A DNA stretch of 64,000 nucleotides from an uncultured Gemmatimonadales bacterium (GTDB lineage Bacteria; Gemmatimonadota; Gemmatimonadetes; Gemmatimonadales; Gemmatimonadaceae): NCBI GenBank assembly GCA_963850905.1, contig CAWKMU010000003.1, positions 3,168,001-3,232,000 on the forward strand. The letters run 5' to 3'. This document shows, one piece after another, positions 53,000 to 64,000 of this stretch. The translations under genes and the position numbers were made by a program. Each line of letters begins with the position of its first letter. The stretch's first letter is position 1. The notes under the pieces were generated by a model. The model saw only the letters and a program-made list of their open reading frames with translations. It searched no databases and was not told the DNA's origin.

Positions 53000-53759
53000 C
53001 CCCGTCGGCAAGGGCCCCGCCGGCCAACCGGCTTCGCAACCGACCAGTGTGGGCAACCCGCTGTCGGTTCTGGAGGCGCACGACCTGTGGAAGTCCTTCC
53101 GGGGTGGGGATGGCGCTCTCCTGTCGGTCCTTTCCGGCGTGAACCTCACCGTCGCGCCGGGCGAGATGGTGGCGATCGTCGGGGCGAGTGGGGCCGGAAA
53201 AAGCACATTGTTACATGTGATGGGAGCCCTCGACCGGCCGACCAGGGGCTACGTCGTCATCGCCGGCACGCCCGTCGCAACGCTCCCAGACGATGAGCTC
53301 GCCCGTATCCGGAACCGCTCAGTTGGCTTCGTCTTTCAGTTCCATCACCTACTCCGGGAGTTCTCAGCCCTCGAGAACGTGATGATGCCGCTCCGGATTG
53401 CCGGGACGAGCATCGCGCGGGCCCGCAGCCGCGCCGAGGAATTGCTGGCGCGCGTCGGGCTGAGCGGCCGCATGCACCATCGGCCAGCCGAGTTGTCGGG
53501 TGGGGAGCAACAACGGACGGCAGTCGCCCGGGCGCTTGCCGTGGACCCGGCTGTATTATTAGCTGATGAGCCGTCAGGCAATCTCGACCATTTGAATGCC
53601 GAGCGGCTTCATGAGTTATTTGTTGAGCTCGTCCGGGACCTCGAGGTAGGGATGGTCGTCGTGACCCACAACCGGTCGCTCGCCACGCGGGCGCACCGTG
53701 TGCTTCTATTGGAGGATGGGCGGCTGGTCCCGACGGATGTGAGTGAGGGGGTAGCCTGA
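52992..53759 (+). CDS. lolD: Lipoprotein-releasing ABC ATPase
   Basis: GASGAGKST, GFVFQFHHLL, LSGGEQQR, ADEPSGNLD. Confidence 0.92.
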   Translation: MTDPVGKGPAGQPASQPTSVGNPLSVLEAHDLWKSFRGGDGALLSVLSGVNLTVAPGEMVAIVGASGAGKSTLLHVMGALDRPTRGYVVIAGTPVATLPDDELARIRNRSVGFVFQFHHLLREFSALENVMMPLRIAGTSIARARSRAEELLARVGLSGRMHHRPAELSGGEQQRTAVARALAVDPAVLLADEPSGNLDHLNAERLHELFVELVRDLEVGMVVVTHNRSLATRAHRVLLLEDGRLVPTDVSEGVA

Positions 53760-54274
53760 TGCTGTGCGACAACTGTAAAGACCGCGACAGCGTCGTGAAG
53801 CTCGTCCAGATGCTCGAGGGGGGGCCCAAAGAGCTCCACCTCTGCGAGAAGTGCGCGGCCGAGAAGGGGGTCGAGACGATGGCGGCCGCCCCCGCGCCCC
53901 AACTGGCCGAGCTCCTCCAAAAGCTTCAGCAGCAGCCGCTACTGGGTGTATCAGGCCCGGGCGGAACGACAGCCCCGAGCCCCGATGCCGCGCGGTGCAC
54001 CTTCTGCCAGGCAAGCCTGGCCGACTTCCGCGCGACGGGACGGCTGGGCTGCGCACACTGCTACGGCGCCTTTGAGGGGAGCCTGCGCAGTCTGTTGCGC
54101 CGGGTCCACGGGAGCGCGCGCCATACGGGCCGCCGGTACGTGCCCCCGCGTCCCGACGCCATGCAGCGCGCCGTGACCCTGGGGGAGCTACGCGACAGGC
54201 TCAAGCGCGCCATTGAGAGTGAACAATTCGAGCTGGCCGCGGACATCCGCGACCGGATTCGAGTGCTGGAGTAG
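53759..54274 (+). CDS. mcsA: McsA (CxxC motifs + UVR domain) arginine kinase activator
   Basis: CDNC, HLCEKCA, CTFC, GRLGCAHCY, EQFELAADIRDRI. Confidence 0.92.
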   Translation: MLCDNCKDRDSVVKLVQMLEGGPKELHLCEKCAAEKGVETMAAAPAPQLAELLQKLQQQPLLGVSGPGGTTAPSPDAARCTFCQASLADFRATGRLGCAHCYGAFEGSLRSLLRRVHGSARHTGRRYVPPRPDAMQRAVTLGELRDRLKRAIESEQFELAADIRDRIRVLE

Positions 54275-54282
54275 CGACGACA

Positions 54283-55368
54283 ATGGGCCTGGATCTGACT
54301 CTCCTGCCGGATGGAGGCGTGAGCTGGCTCGACGCCTCGGGCGACCACGCCGACATCGTGCTCTCGACGCGGATCCGGCTCGCGCGGAATGTCGAGGGCT
54401 TTGCCTTCACCGGACGCGCCCGGGATGGGGAGCGGTTGCGGGTGCTGGCGCAGGTCCGCGACGCCGCTGCCGAAGTCGCGAGTCTGAGTCACAGCGTGCT
54501 GCTTCGCGTCGATGAGCTGCCCGCCTCTGACCGGTTGCTGTTGCATGAGCGCCACCTGGTGAGCAAGGAGCTCGCGGGTCTGGACACCCAGCACCCGGTG
54601 CGCAGCGGGGCCGCGGTGTTTCTTGGGCCAGACGTAGGCGTCATGGTAAATGAAGAGGATCACCTGCGGTTGCAGGCGCTCCGGTCGGGGTTCGGTTTGC
54701 CAGCGGCATTTGCGGCGGTACACCAGCTCGACGCGGAGCTCGGATCGCGAGTGCCGTACGCGTTTCACGAGGAGTTTGGATTCTTGACCGCGTGTCCGAC
54801 CAACGTCGGCACGGGGATGCGTGCGTCGGTGCTGATTCATCTCCCCGGGCTGGTCCTGACGAAGGAGATGAGCAAGGTGCTCGCGAGCCTGCAGCAAATG
54901 GGGTTGACCTACCGTGGGCTGTACGGCGAAGGGAGCGATGTGGTCGGGAATTTCTTCCAGATCTCGAACCAAACGACGCTGGGCAAGAGCGAGGACGAGT
55001 TACTCGAGCAGTTGGTGCGCGTCGTCAAAACAGTGATCGATCGAGAAGAAGACGCGCGGCGTCTTTTGCTGCGCGATGCCGGCTATATTATTGAGGACAA
55101 GGTGTGGCGAGCGTACGGCACTCTGAGATACGCACGGAGCCTCACGTTCGAAGAGGCGATGAATTTTCTGAGCGGCGTACGTCTGGCCGTGGGATTGAAA
55201 CTGATCTCCGGTCTCAGTGTATATACTCTCAACAAGCTCCTGATTTTCAGCCAGTTGGCGCACCTCTCGCACTCGGAAGGGCGGGCGCTGACGGAGAGCG
55301 AGGCGAACGTGACGCGCGCACGCTACGTGCGGCACACGCTTGCCACCGAAGCAACGACGCGCGATTGA
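54283..55368 (+). CDS. mcsB: Protein arginine kinase McsB
   Basis: STRIRLARN, MVNEEDHLRLQ, LTACPTNVGTGMRASV, FFQISNQTTLG. Confidence 0.95.
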   Translation: MGLDLTLLPDGGVSWLDASGDHADIVLSTRIRLARNVEGFAFTGRARDGERLRVLAQVRDAAAEVASLSHSVLLRVDELPASDRLLLHERHLVSKELAGLDTQHPVRSGAAVFLGPDVGVMVNEEDHLRLQALRSGFGLPAAFAAVHQLDAELGSRVPYAFHEEFGFLTACPTNVGTGMRASVLIHLPGLVLTKEMSKVLASLQQMGLTYRGLYGEGSDVVGNFFQISNQTTLGKSEDELLEQLVRVVKTVIDREEDARRLLLRDAGYIIEDKVWRAYGTLRYARSLTFEEAMNFLSGVRLAVGLKLISGLSVYTLNKLLIFSQLAHLSHSEGRALTESEANVTRARYVRHTLATEATTRD

Positions 55369-55439
55369 TGGACCGAAGTGTGGCCGAGCCTCTGGTGTGC
55401 TCGGCACGTCGCGCGAGTGAGAGGGTCACGGCGTCATGA
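55368..55439 (+). CDS. Putative 23-aa bridge ORF between mcsB and clpC
   Basis: Starts in TGATG (mcsB stop) and ends in ATGA (clpC start). Confidence 0.35.
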   Translation: MDRSVAEPLVCSARRASERVTAS

Positions 55440-57940
55440 ACGGGTACAACTTCACGGAGCGCGTACGGAAGGTGCTCGCGATGGCGCGGGAGGAAGCCGC
55501 CCGGCTCCATCACGAGTACGTCGGGACCGAGCACATTCTGCTCGGCCTCATTCGCGAGGGCGAGGGCGTCGCTGCGGCGGTGCTCCAGAACATGAGCGTC
55601 GACCTCGACGAAGTGCAGCAGAAGATCGAGGACACCGTCAAGAAGGGCAAAGCCGCAGCAGACGACGGGTCCTGATCTTCCCTATACCTCGCGCGCCAAA
55701 AAGGTGCTCGAGCTGGCGATGAGTGAGGCCCGGGAGCTGAATCACAGCTACGTCGGGACCGAACACCTGCTCCTCGGATTGCTTCGCGAGGAGAAGGGGA
55801 TCGCGGCCCAGGTGTTGACCGACGCGGGCGTCAATCTCGAAGCCGCTCGCACGGAGACCCTCCGATTGTTGGGCACCGAGATGCCGCAAGGTGGCGGCGC
55901 GACGGCCCAGCAGAGCGGTGGACCCGCGGCGCCCGCATCGCCTCCGGCCAAGGGCGAGAAGAAGTCCAAGACGCCCGCGCTCGACCACTTCTGCCGCGAT
56001 CTGACGCAGCTCGCGGCCGAAGGCCAGCTCGACCCCACGATCGGTCGCGCCAAGGAAATCGAGCGCGTGATGGAAGTGCTGACCCGGCGGAAGAAGAACA
56101 ACCCGGTCCTCATCGGCGAACCCGGCGTCGGCAAGACGGCCATCGTCGAGGGACTTGCGCAGCTGATCGCGAACGGGGAGTGCCCCGAGTCGCTGCGCGA
56201 CCACCGCGTGCTGTCGCTCGACATGGCGGCGGTGATCGCGGGGACCAAGTACCGCGGTCAGTTCGAGGAGCGCCTCAAGGCGGTCATGAACGAGATCGCC
56301 CAAAACAAGAACATCATCCTCTTCATCGACGAGCTGCACACGTTGGTCGGCGCCGGCGCGGCCGAAGGCGCGATCGACGCCAGCAACATGCTCAAGCCCG
56401 CGCTCGCGCGCGGTGAGCTCCAGTGTGTCGGCGCGTCCACGTTGAACGAGTATCGGAAATACATCGAGAAGGACGGCGCCCTCGAGCGTCGCTTCCAGAC
56501 TGTCATTGTCGATCCGCCGACCGTTGAAGAGACAGTCGAGATCCTGAAGGGCCTGCGCAAGAAGTACGAGGATCACCACCGGGTGACCATTCCGGACACG
56601 ACGCTCATCACGGCGTCCAAGCTCTCGGAACGCTATATCACCGACCGCTTCCTGCCCGACAAGGCCATCGACGTCATCGACGAGGCGGGCGCGCGGGCGC
56701 GGTTGGCGGCACAGGCACCGCCGCCCGAGGTCGCGGAGCTCAAGGCTGAGCTCGACGAGAACATCGCGCAGAAGGAGGCGGCCGTCCGCGACCAGAACTT
56801 CGAGCGGGCTGCGGCGCTGCGCGACAAGGAGCGCGAGCTGCAGACGGACATCCGCCGCAAGCAGGAGGAGTGGGAGAAGCGGCGGCAGTCGCACCGGCCC
56901 GTGCTCGGCGAGGAGGAGATCTCCTTCATCGTGAGTCGCTGGACCGGGATTCCCGTGACGCGCCTCCAGGAGGCCGAGACCGCGCGGCTCCTGCGCATGG
57001 AAGAGGAAGCTACACAAGTCGGTCGTGGGGCAGGAGGAAGCCATCAGGGCGCTGGCGCGCTCGATTCGTCGCAGTCGCGCCGGACTCAAGGACCCGCAGC
57101 GGCCGATCGGCACCTTCATCTTCGCCGGCCCCACCGGCGTCGGCAAAACCGAGCTGGCTCGCGCTCTCGCGCGCTTCCTGTTCGCCGACTCGTCGGCGCT
57201 CATCCGCGTCGACATGTCCGAATACATGGAGAAGTTCTCCGTCTCGCGACTGATCGGCGCGCCGCCGGGCTACGTCGGCTACGAGGACTCGGGCACGCTG
57301 ACCAAGGCCGTCCGCCGGAAGCCGTACAGCGTCGTGCTGCTCGACGAGATCGAGAAGGCGCACGCCGACGTGTTCAACATTCTCCTGCAAGTGCTCGACG
57401 AAGGGCACCTGACCGACAACTACGGCCGCGTGATCGACTTCAAGAACACCGTCGTGATCATGACGTCCAACGTCGGCGCGAAGGACATCGCCACGGGGCA
57501 AGCCGCTCGGGTTCGGTGGCGGCGACTCGCGGCAGAGCTTCGAGCGGATGGCGGAGAAGGTGAAGGAAGAGATGCAGCACGTGTTCAACCCGGAGTTCCT
57601 GAACCGGCTGGATGACGTCCTGATCTTCCACCCGCTCAACCAGGAGCACATCAAGGAGATCGTCACGATCCTCCTGCGTGATGTGCAGAAGCGTCTGACC
57701 GATGAGGAGTTGACCCTGCGCCTGACCGACGCCGGCTCGGAGTTCCTCGTGAAGCACGGATACGACGAGAACTACGGAGCTCGACCGCTCAAGCGCGCGA
57801 TCCAGCGGTTCATCGAGGACCCGCTCTCCGAGAAGATTCTCCTCGCCGAGTTCCAGAAAGGTGACGAGATCGAGGTCGACGTCTCAGCCGACGGCACGAA
57901 GCTCGAATTCCGGGTCACCCAGCCAGCCGCGCACTCGTAG
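55436..57940 (+). CDS. clpC: ClpC ATPase; three +1 frameshifts (about 55658, 57008, 57498), likely assembly errors
   Basis: [56 protein letters not shown] spread over successive frames. Confidence 0.93.
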
Positions 57941-57945
57941 AGCGA

Positions 57946-58080
57946 CCAAACGGCGGGATCAGGGTCAGGGGTCAGAGGTCGGGGAACGAACGACGAGGGC
58001 CAGTGACGCGCACACGGTCACTGGCCCTCGCTGTTTGTCGTCAGTCCCAGACACCTGACCCCTGATCCCGAACCGTTTGG
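57946..58080. terminator. Hairpin/terminator enclosed by heptamer arms (TCAGGGG)n...(CCCCTGA)n
   Basis: Central CGAGGGCCAGTGAC/GTCACTGGCCCTCG 57994-58030; outer CCAAACGG...CCGTTTGG. Confidence 0.75.
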
Positions 58081-58156
58081 CTGTCCGCGCACCTGCGCCT
58101 AACTCGCCGAATTTCCTTGGATCTACCACCAGCACGCCCGTGTATATTACCCCGCC

Positions 58157-60604
58157 ATGCGACACCTGTTATACGTCGCGCTCGGCCTGCCATTGCTTGG
58201 GCCGAGCGCGCGTGCCTTTGCCCAAGATACAGCAAACATGCTCGGTCGCTGCACGGCGCCGGACTCCGTCGCCGTCATCGGCAACCGTCGTGTGACCGAT
58301 GCCGACGTCCGAGCCGCGTCAGGGCTCGTCCCTGGTGTACCCGCCAACGCGAAGACCGCGCAGGACGCCGTCAAGAACCTCTTCGAGACGGGGCAGTTTG
58401 ACGATGTCCGGGTGACCTGCACGGTCCCCAAGGGCGGGCAGCACGCCGTTTGGACCGTCACCGTCAGCGAGCGGCCACTGCTGGAAATCACACGCGTCGT
58501 TGGGACTGACAAGCTGAGTCAGAAGACCGTGCGAGGACCTGATCGATGTGACGCCCGGCCGTCCACTCCAGGCCGGGGACGTCACCCGCGCAGTCACGCG
58601 GATCGACTCCGCCTACCAGAACGCCGGGTACTACCTCGCCAAGGTGACCGTCGATTCGTCGACCGCCGACGGACGAACGACGCTGATCATTTCACGTCAG
58701 CGAAGGCCATCGCTTCGCGATCTCCGGCATGCGGTTTCACGGCAACCACGTGCTGTCCAATGCGGACATCGTACGCGCGATGAGCACGAAGCCGGAGGCA
58801 TTCCCGTGGTGGCGAAAGGGTGAGTTCGACGAGGACAAGTTCGCCGCCGATCTGGCCGAGCGCCTCCCCGATCTCTATGCCCGGCTTGGCTACGTCGATT
58901 TCCAGGTAGTCAAGGACACGATGGTCGTCGATCGTGCGCGCGGCAAGGCGCTGCTCGACATCACGATGTCCGAGGGCAAGCAGTACCGCGTCGGCACCTT
59001 CGATGTCATCGGCAATCGGCACTTCTCTACCGAAGAGATCAACCGATTCTATCCCTTCGGTCCCAACCCGGCGACGCTCACCGAGCGCGCCGACCGATGT
59101 GTTGCTGGCCCGCAAACGGGCGCCTCAGGGCATCTTCGACCGGCAGAAGTGGGACGACGCGACGACCAAGCTCCGCACCGCGTACAACAACGACGGCTAC
59201 ATCTACGCGTCCGTCCGCCCCGTGACCGAGCGTGTCGTCGGGCCCAGACTCGCAGCCGCGGGTCAACCTGCGGTGGAAGATCGAAGAGCGAAATCCCGCC
59301 ACCGTCAATCGCATCGAGATCACCGGCAACGACTACACGACCGAGGGGTGCATCCGCGAACGCGCTCGTCATCATCCCGGGCGACGTGTTCTCGCAGGAT
59401 CGCCTGATCCGCAGCTACCAGAACCTCGGCAACCTCGGGCTACTTCGACACCCCGATTCCGCCGCCCGATACGCGACCCACCAGCGACTCCGGTGGCGAC
59501 GTCGACCTCATCTTCCACGTCAAGGAGAAGCACACCGGCAACATCAACTTCGGCGCGTCGACGGGTCAGGGCACAGGCATCGGCGGGTTCATCGGGTTCG
59601 ACCAGCCCAATCTGTTCGGCGAGTGCAAGAAGGGATCGATTCAGTGGCAGTATCGGCCGCTACATCAACAACCTGCAGATCTCCTACACCGACCCGACAA
59701 TCCAGCAGTCGTTCGTCTCCGGAACGGTCACCGCCTACAACTCGCAGTCGCGCTATATCATCGGCGACCTGGGACAGAGCACCAATCTCGGCGGATCCGT
59801 GCAGTTGGGCTGGCCAATCGGCCGGTCGCTCTACACACGACTCTTCACGTCCTACACACTGGAGTCGGTCCGCTACAGCGGCGATACGACGACACTACTG
59901 GGTAGCGTCGCGAATACCTGCCACGGATGCATCCGCTCGGCGATCAGCGTCTCCATGCAGCGGGACACGCGAGTGGGGATGCCGTTCCCGGTCGGAGGCA
60001 CCCTGGAAACGATCACCGCCGACCTGAACGGCGGGCCTACTCGGCGGCGCCGCTCACTATCAGCGGTTGATCGGCGAAGTCCGCGGGTATGCGACGATCG
60101 CCACCTTCGGCGCGACGGGCCTTGGCTCAGAGCCGGTCGCCCTGGTGCTCGGGTTCAAGGGTCGCGCGGGCACCGTCTTCGGCAATACTGGCCCGTTCTT
60201 CTATACACAGGCGTTTGCCATGGGTGGGGTCCAGTTCGGGGAGCAGCTGCGGGGCTACCCCGAGTTCTCGATCGGACCCAACGGATACATCGCGCGGAAC
60301 GGGTACTTTCAACGCCACCCGGGCCTCGTTCGGCAACACCTTTATGGTCACGACCACTGAGTTGGGGCTCCGGTTGAATAGCTCGATCTACACAGACCTA
60401 TTTTTCGATGCCGGCAATGTGTACGCGTCACCGTCCGAGTTCGACCCGGGACGGCTGTTCCGCGGCGCCGGCGTCGGGGTAGCAATTGTAACCCCGCTCG
60501 GACCGCTCGGGCTTGACCTCGGCTACGGCTTCGACAAGGTCAACACCCTCGGGCAGCCCGACCCAGGTTGGCAGGTGCACTTCAAGCTCGGCAATATTTT
60601 CTAG
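58157..60604 (+). CDS. bamA: Outer-membrane assembly factor BamA; about 9 +1 frameshifts, likely assembly errors
   Basis: POTRA segments (LFETGQFDDV, GYVDFQV), EKHTGNINFG, LRGY, TPLGPLGLDLGYG, C-terminal FKLGNIF; about 812 aa if corrected. Confidence 0.9.
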
Positions 60605-60722
60605 CGCTGGATCACTCCTTTTGTAGCACATTCGTTCGGCCGGTCGACCCTGAGCGCGAGTACGAGCGAGTCGCGCGCACGGGGCCCGCATCGCGCACAA
60701 TCCTCTTTGCCCTGGAGTCAGA

Positions 60723-61400
60723 ATGACAATTGCCCGTTCACTAGCCGGGAGCGCGCTGTTCGCGGTAGCGCTGATCGCCGGTGCACCCTTGCACGACTTC
60801 GGTTTCGGTGCTCCGATCGCATTCGCCCAAACCGCGCCCAGCGGCGCCCCGAAGTTCGCGTATGTCCGGGGACAGGACATCCTTGCGCAGACGCCCGGAC
60901 GACCCGAGCTCGAGGCCCAGTTCAACAAGGAAGTCGACTCCGCCAAGGCGCTCGAGAAAGTCTGGGGCGACTCGATGAACGCGCTGGTCTCCGATTACGC
61001 GAAGAGCGAAGCGTCGCTGTCGGCTGACCAGAAGACCGCTCGGCAAGCGGCGCTGCGGGAGAAGCAGGCTTCGTACCAGCAGCGGACACAGCAGCTCGAG
61101 CAGAAGGTCCAGGCCGACAATCAGCGGCTCGTCGCGCCCGTCCTCCAGCGCGTGAACCAGATCATCGACCAGATGCGCACCGAGGGTGGCTACACGATCA
61201 TCTTCGACGTGCAGGACCAGGGAAGCGGGATCGTCTCGGCGGACAAGAACTTGGACATCACTGACCAGGTGGTAACGCGACTCAAGGCGATGGGACCGGT
61301 CGCCGCGCCGGCCGCTGGCACAACGCCAGCAGGCACGACCCCGCGGACTGGACCGACTGCGGCGCCATCTGGCCTATCGCGGCAAAAGAATCCTCAGTGA
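60723..61400 (+). CDS. skp: OmpH/Skp periplasmic chaperone
   Basis: Signal peptide, KFAYV, coiled-coil, GYTIIFD, LDITDQVVTRL; located between bamA and lpxD. Confidence 0.9.
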   Translation: MTIARSLAGSALFAVALIAGAPLHDFGFGAPIAFAQTAPSGAPKFAYVRGQDILAQTPGRPELEAQFNKEVDSAKALEKVWGDSMNALVSDYAKSEASLSADQKTARQAALREKQASYQQRTQQLEQKVQADNQRLVAPVLQRVNQIIDQMRTEGGYTIIFDVQDQGSGIVSADKNLDITDQVVTRLKAMGPVAAPAAGTTPAGTTPRTGPTAAPSGLSRQKNPQ

Positions 61401-61412
61401 ACGGACTGAAAG

Positions 61413-61490
61413 TGCGGGTTTGGGGTTTGGGGTTTGGGGTCGCGGGCGCTAGCGCGCCCGCGATCCTAGACCCCGAACCCCAAACCCGCA
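61413..61490. repeat. Near-perfect 78-nt hairpin with (GGGGTTT)n arms
   Basis: TGCGGGTTTGGGGTTTGGGGTTTGGGGTCGCGGGCGC...GCGCCCGCGATCCTAGACCCCGAACCCCAAACCCGCA. Confidence 0.85.
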
Positions 61491-61505
61491 GTTAGGGAGT
61501 CCGAC

Positions 61506-62592
61506 ATTCTGACCGCGGGCGAAGTCGCCGCCATCAGCCACGGTCGACTGGTTGGTGCGCCCAGCACGCCCGTGCACGCCGTCGCACCGCTCGATCGGGC
61601 CGGAGCAGGGGACATTTGCTTCTTCGATACGCGACGCTACGCACCGCTCTTCGCAGCATCTCGCGCGAGCGTCGCCTTGGTGCCACCGGCACTCGCCGAT
61701 GTGCCCGGCCCCGCGGTGCGAGTTGTCGTTGCGAATCCGCGCGATGCGCTCCTGGCCTTGCTGCCGCGACTCTATGAGCCGCCAGCCCGCGTGCCGGGCA
61801 TCCATCCGACGGCCCACATCGGGCGGGGCGTGCAGCTTCCGAACGACGCCCTGATCGAGCCCTACGCGGTCATCGGCGACGGCGCGCAGATCGGTGCCCG
61901 CGCGTGGATCGGATCACACGTCGTGATCGGGCGAAGGCGTCGACGATTGGGGACGACGTGAGACTGCACCCGTCCGTGACGTTGTACAGCGGGACGTGAG
62001 CTCGGTCATCGCGTGGTGATCCACTCGGGCGCGCGCATCGGCAGCGATGGCTTCGGCTATGTCGTCGCGGGCCGGCGTGCACGCCAAGATCCCCCACGTG
62101 GGGCGCTGCATCATCGGCGACGACGTCGAGATCGGCGCAAACACCACGATCGATCGAGGCAGCGTCGATGACACGACCGTCGGAGCCGGGACGAAGATCG
62201 ACAACCTGGTCCACGTCGGACACAACGTGCGCATCGGCCGGCTGTGCCTCATCATGGCGCAGGTCGGGTATCGCGGGATCGGTCCGTCTGGAAGACGGCT
62301 GCATCCTCGCCGGGCAGGTCGGCGTCGGTGGGCACCGGACCATCGGCGCCGGTGCGATGGTCGGCGGCCAGGCGGGCGTGTTCGGCAATGTGCCGGCGGG
62401 CGAGACATGGTCCGGTTATCCGGCACGTCCCCACGGTGAGGCGATGCGCGCGCAGGCCGCCATCCAGCGGCTCGCGCGCGATCATTCGTGCGCTCGAGCG
62501 CATCGTGGGACGCGAGAGCGACTCGGAGATTCCGACCGCGCACCGCGCCGCCTGCGATCGAGCAATCCACGATTCTCGAGGGCGACGCGTGA
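61506..62592 (+). CDS. lpxD: UDP-3-O-acylglucosamine N-acyltransferase; start uncertain; several frameshifts
   Basis: [62 protein letters not shown] across frames. Confidence 0.88.
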
Positions 62593-63530
62593 TCGCCGCT
62601 CAGGCTGGCGCTGCGAGCGCTCGGCGCCAAACGATCGCGCGACCCGTGTCGCTCGAGGGAATCGGCCTGCACCTCGGCGTACCCGCCCGGCTCACCTTCC
62701 GCCCCGCGCCGGATGGAACGGGCGTGGTGTTCCGGCGCACCGATCTCCCGGGCCATCCCGCTATCCCGGCCCAGGTGGATCGTGCCGTGCTCACGGAGCG
62801 GCGAACGCAGCTGGCTGGATCGGAGGCCGGGGCCGAGCTCCACACCGTGGAGCACGTGCTCGCTGCGGTCTGTGCCGCCGACATCGATGACCTCTGGATC
62901 GATGTCGATGGGCCGGAGCCACCCATTCTGGATGGAAGCGCGGCGCCGTTCTTCGAGGCGCTTGCGCGGAGCCGGACTGGCGGCCGGGCAGCGGCCTGCT
63001 GAGTATTTGGAGCTTCGAGATCCCGTGCGCGTCATCGACGGCGCGTCGGTGTACGAGGCGTTCCCGGCGACTGACCTTCACCCTCGACGTCACGATCGAC
63101 TTTCCGCACCCGATGATCGGGCGCCAGCACGGGACCTACGTCGTCACGCCCGAGCGATTCGGCGGAGAGCTTGCGCGGCGCCCGAACGTTCGGGTTTCTG
63201 CACGAGCAGGAAATGCTGCGTGCCAAAGGGCTGATCCGCGGTGCATCCACGGCCAACGCGGTGGTGCTGACGGATGTGGGATTGCTCGAAGGCGCGTTGC
63301 GGTGGCCGGACGAGTTCGTTCGGCACAAGGCAATGGACTGCGTCGGCGACCTCGCGCTGGCGGGCCGGCGCCTCCGCGCGCGGGTCTCTGCGATCCGGCC
63401 CAGCCATCGCGGGACCGTGACCCTCGTTCGCGGAGATGGTCAGGGCCGCCGTGCGGGCAGCCGAGGACGGCGCCCGCCGCGACGACTCGCGAGAAGGACG
63501 GTACTCGACGCGATCTTGCCCATGGACCGG
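62589..63530 (+). CDS. lpxC: UDP-3-O-acyl-GlcNAc deacetylase (frameshifted; 3' end uncertain, possibly fused to fabZ)
   Basis: [54 protein letters not shown]. Confidence 0.9.
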
Positions 63531-63553
63531 TAGGGGCGACGCAGGGGTCGCCC
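63530..63553 (+). repeat. Degenerate GTAG-type REP
   Basis: GTAGGGGCGACGCAGGGGTCGCCC; 21-nt identity (TGGACCGGTAGGGGCGACGCA) with 8951-8971. Confidence 0.7.
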
Positions 63554-63574
63554 AATGCACGACAGGAGAGACGC

Positions 63575-64000
63575 ATGTCGGAGTCGCCCCGAGACTCGAA
63601 GCCTGCCCTCAAGTCGATGTTAAATATCGACGAGCTGATCAAGATGATCCCGCACCGATACCCGTTCTTACTCGTCGATCGGATCCTCGAGATCGAGGAA
63701 CGCAAGCGGATCGTCGGCTTGAAGAACGTCACGATCAACGAGCCATTTTTTCAGGGGCACTTTCCCGGGCACCCGATCATGCCAGGTGTGCTCGATCATC
63801 GAGGCTATGGCGCAGGTCGGCGGTGTGCTCCTCCTCGGCGCCGTCGACAATCACGAGAGCAAGGTCGTCTACTTCATGTCGCTCGACAACGTGAAGTTCC
63901 GCCGGCCAGTGCGGCCCGGCGACCAGCTGCGATTCGAGCTCGAGATAACGCAAATCCGCGGATCGGTGTGCAAGATGCGCGGCATCGCGCGAGTGGATGG
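63575..64000 (+). CDS. fabZ: 3-hydroxyacyl-ACP dehydratase (truncated by window end; frameshift near 63794)
   Basis: AGGAG SD + [57 protein letters not shown]. Confidence 0.92.
   Translation, partial: MSESPRDSKPALKSMLNIDELIKMIPHRYPFLLVDRILEIEERKRIVGLKNVTINEPFFQGHFPGHPIMPGVLDHRGYGAGRRCAPPRRRRQSREQGRLLHVARQREVPPASAARRPAAIRARDNANPRIGVQDARHRASGW

Noticed and set aside
55640..64000. Mass pseudogenisation or programmed frameshifting in clpC, bamA, lpxD, lpxC and fabZ
   Set aside because: These are normally essential genes. The clpC and bamA shifts I traced are all +1, there are no slippery motifs, and the shifts cluster in the last ~8 kb of the window. This is typical of insertion errors in a low-coverage long-read consensus.

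Overview
GC-rich bacterial chromosome segment. The 16S signatures, gene content (ADOP permease+PadR, expanded Ser/Thr kinase-TPR genes, mcsA-mcsB-clpC inside a lol/bam/lpx cluster) point to Gemmatimonadota, inferred by eye without a database search. Contents in order: a KdpD/KdpE-like two-component pair divergent from a CzcCBA-type RND efflux operon; gpmA; three tRNAs among hydrolase and permease genes; a full rrn operon whose 23S gene carries two group I introns (L1923 with an I-CeuI-like LAGLIDADG endonuclease, and an ORF-less L2593); an accessory block of kinases and peptidases; and the core cluster era...prfB-lysS-lolE-lolD-mcsA-mcsB-clpC-bamA-skp-lpxD-lpxC-fabZ. The most novel-looking signal is a recurrent translation architecture. 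A -10 box sits 6-7 nt before a leaderless mini-ORF whose stop codon overlaps the start codon of the real gene (ATGA/GTGA), and related 'bridge' mini-ORFs link genes inside operons. Other signals: an exact 18-bp copy of the 5S rRNA 3' end flanking an epoxide hydrolase gene, GTAG-type REPs, and hairpins with heptamer-repeat arms. The many +1 frameshifts after about 55.6 kb look like insertion-type assembly errors.
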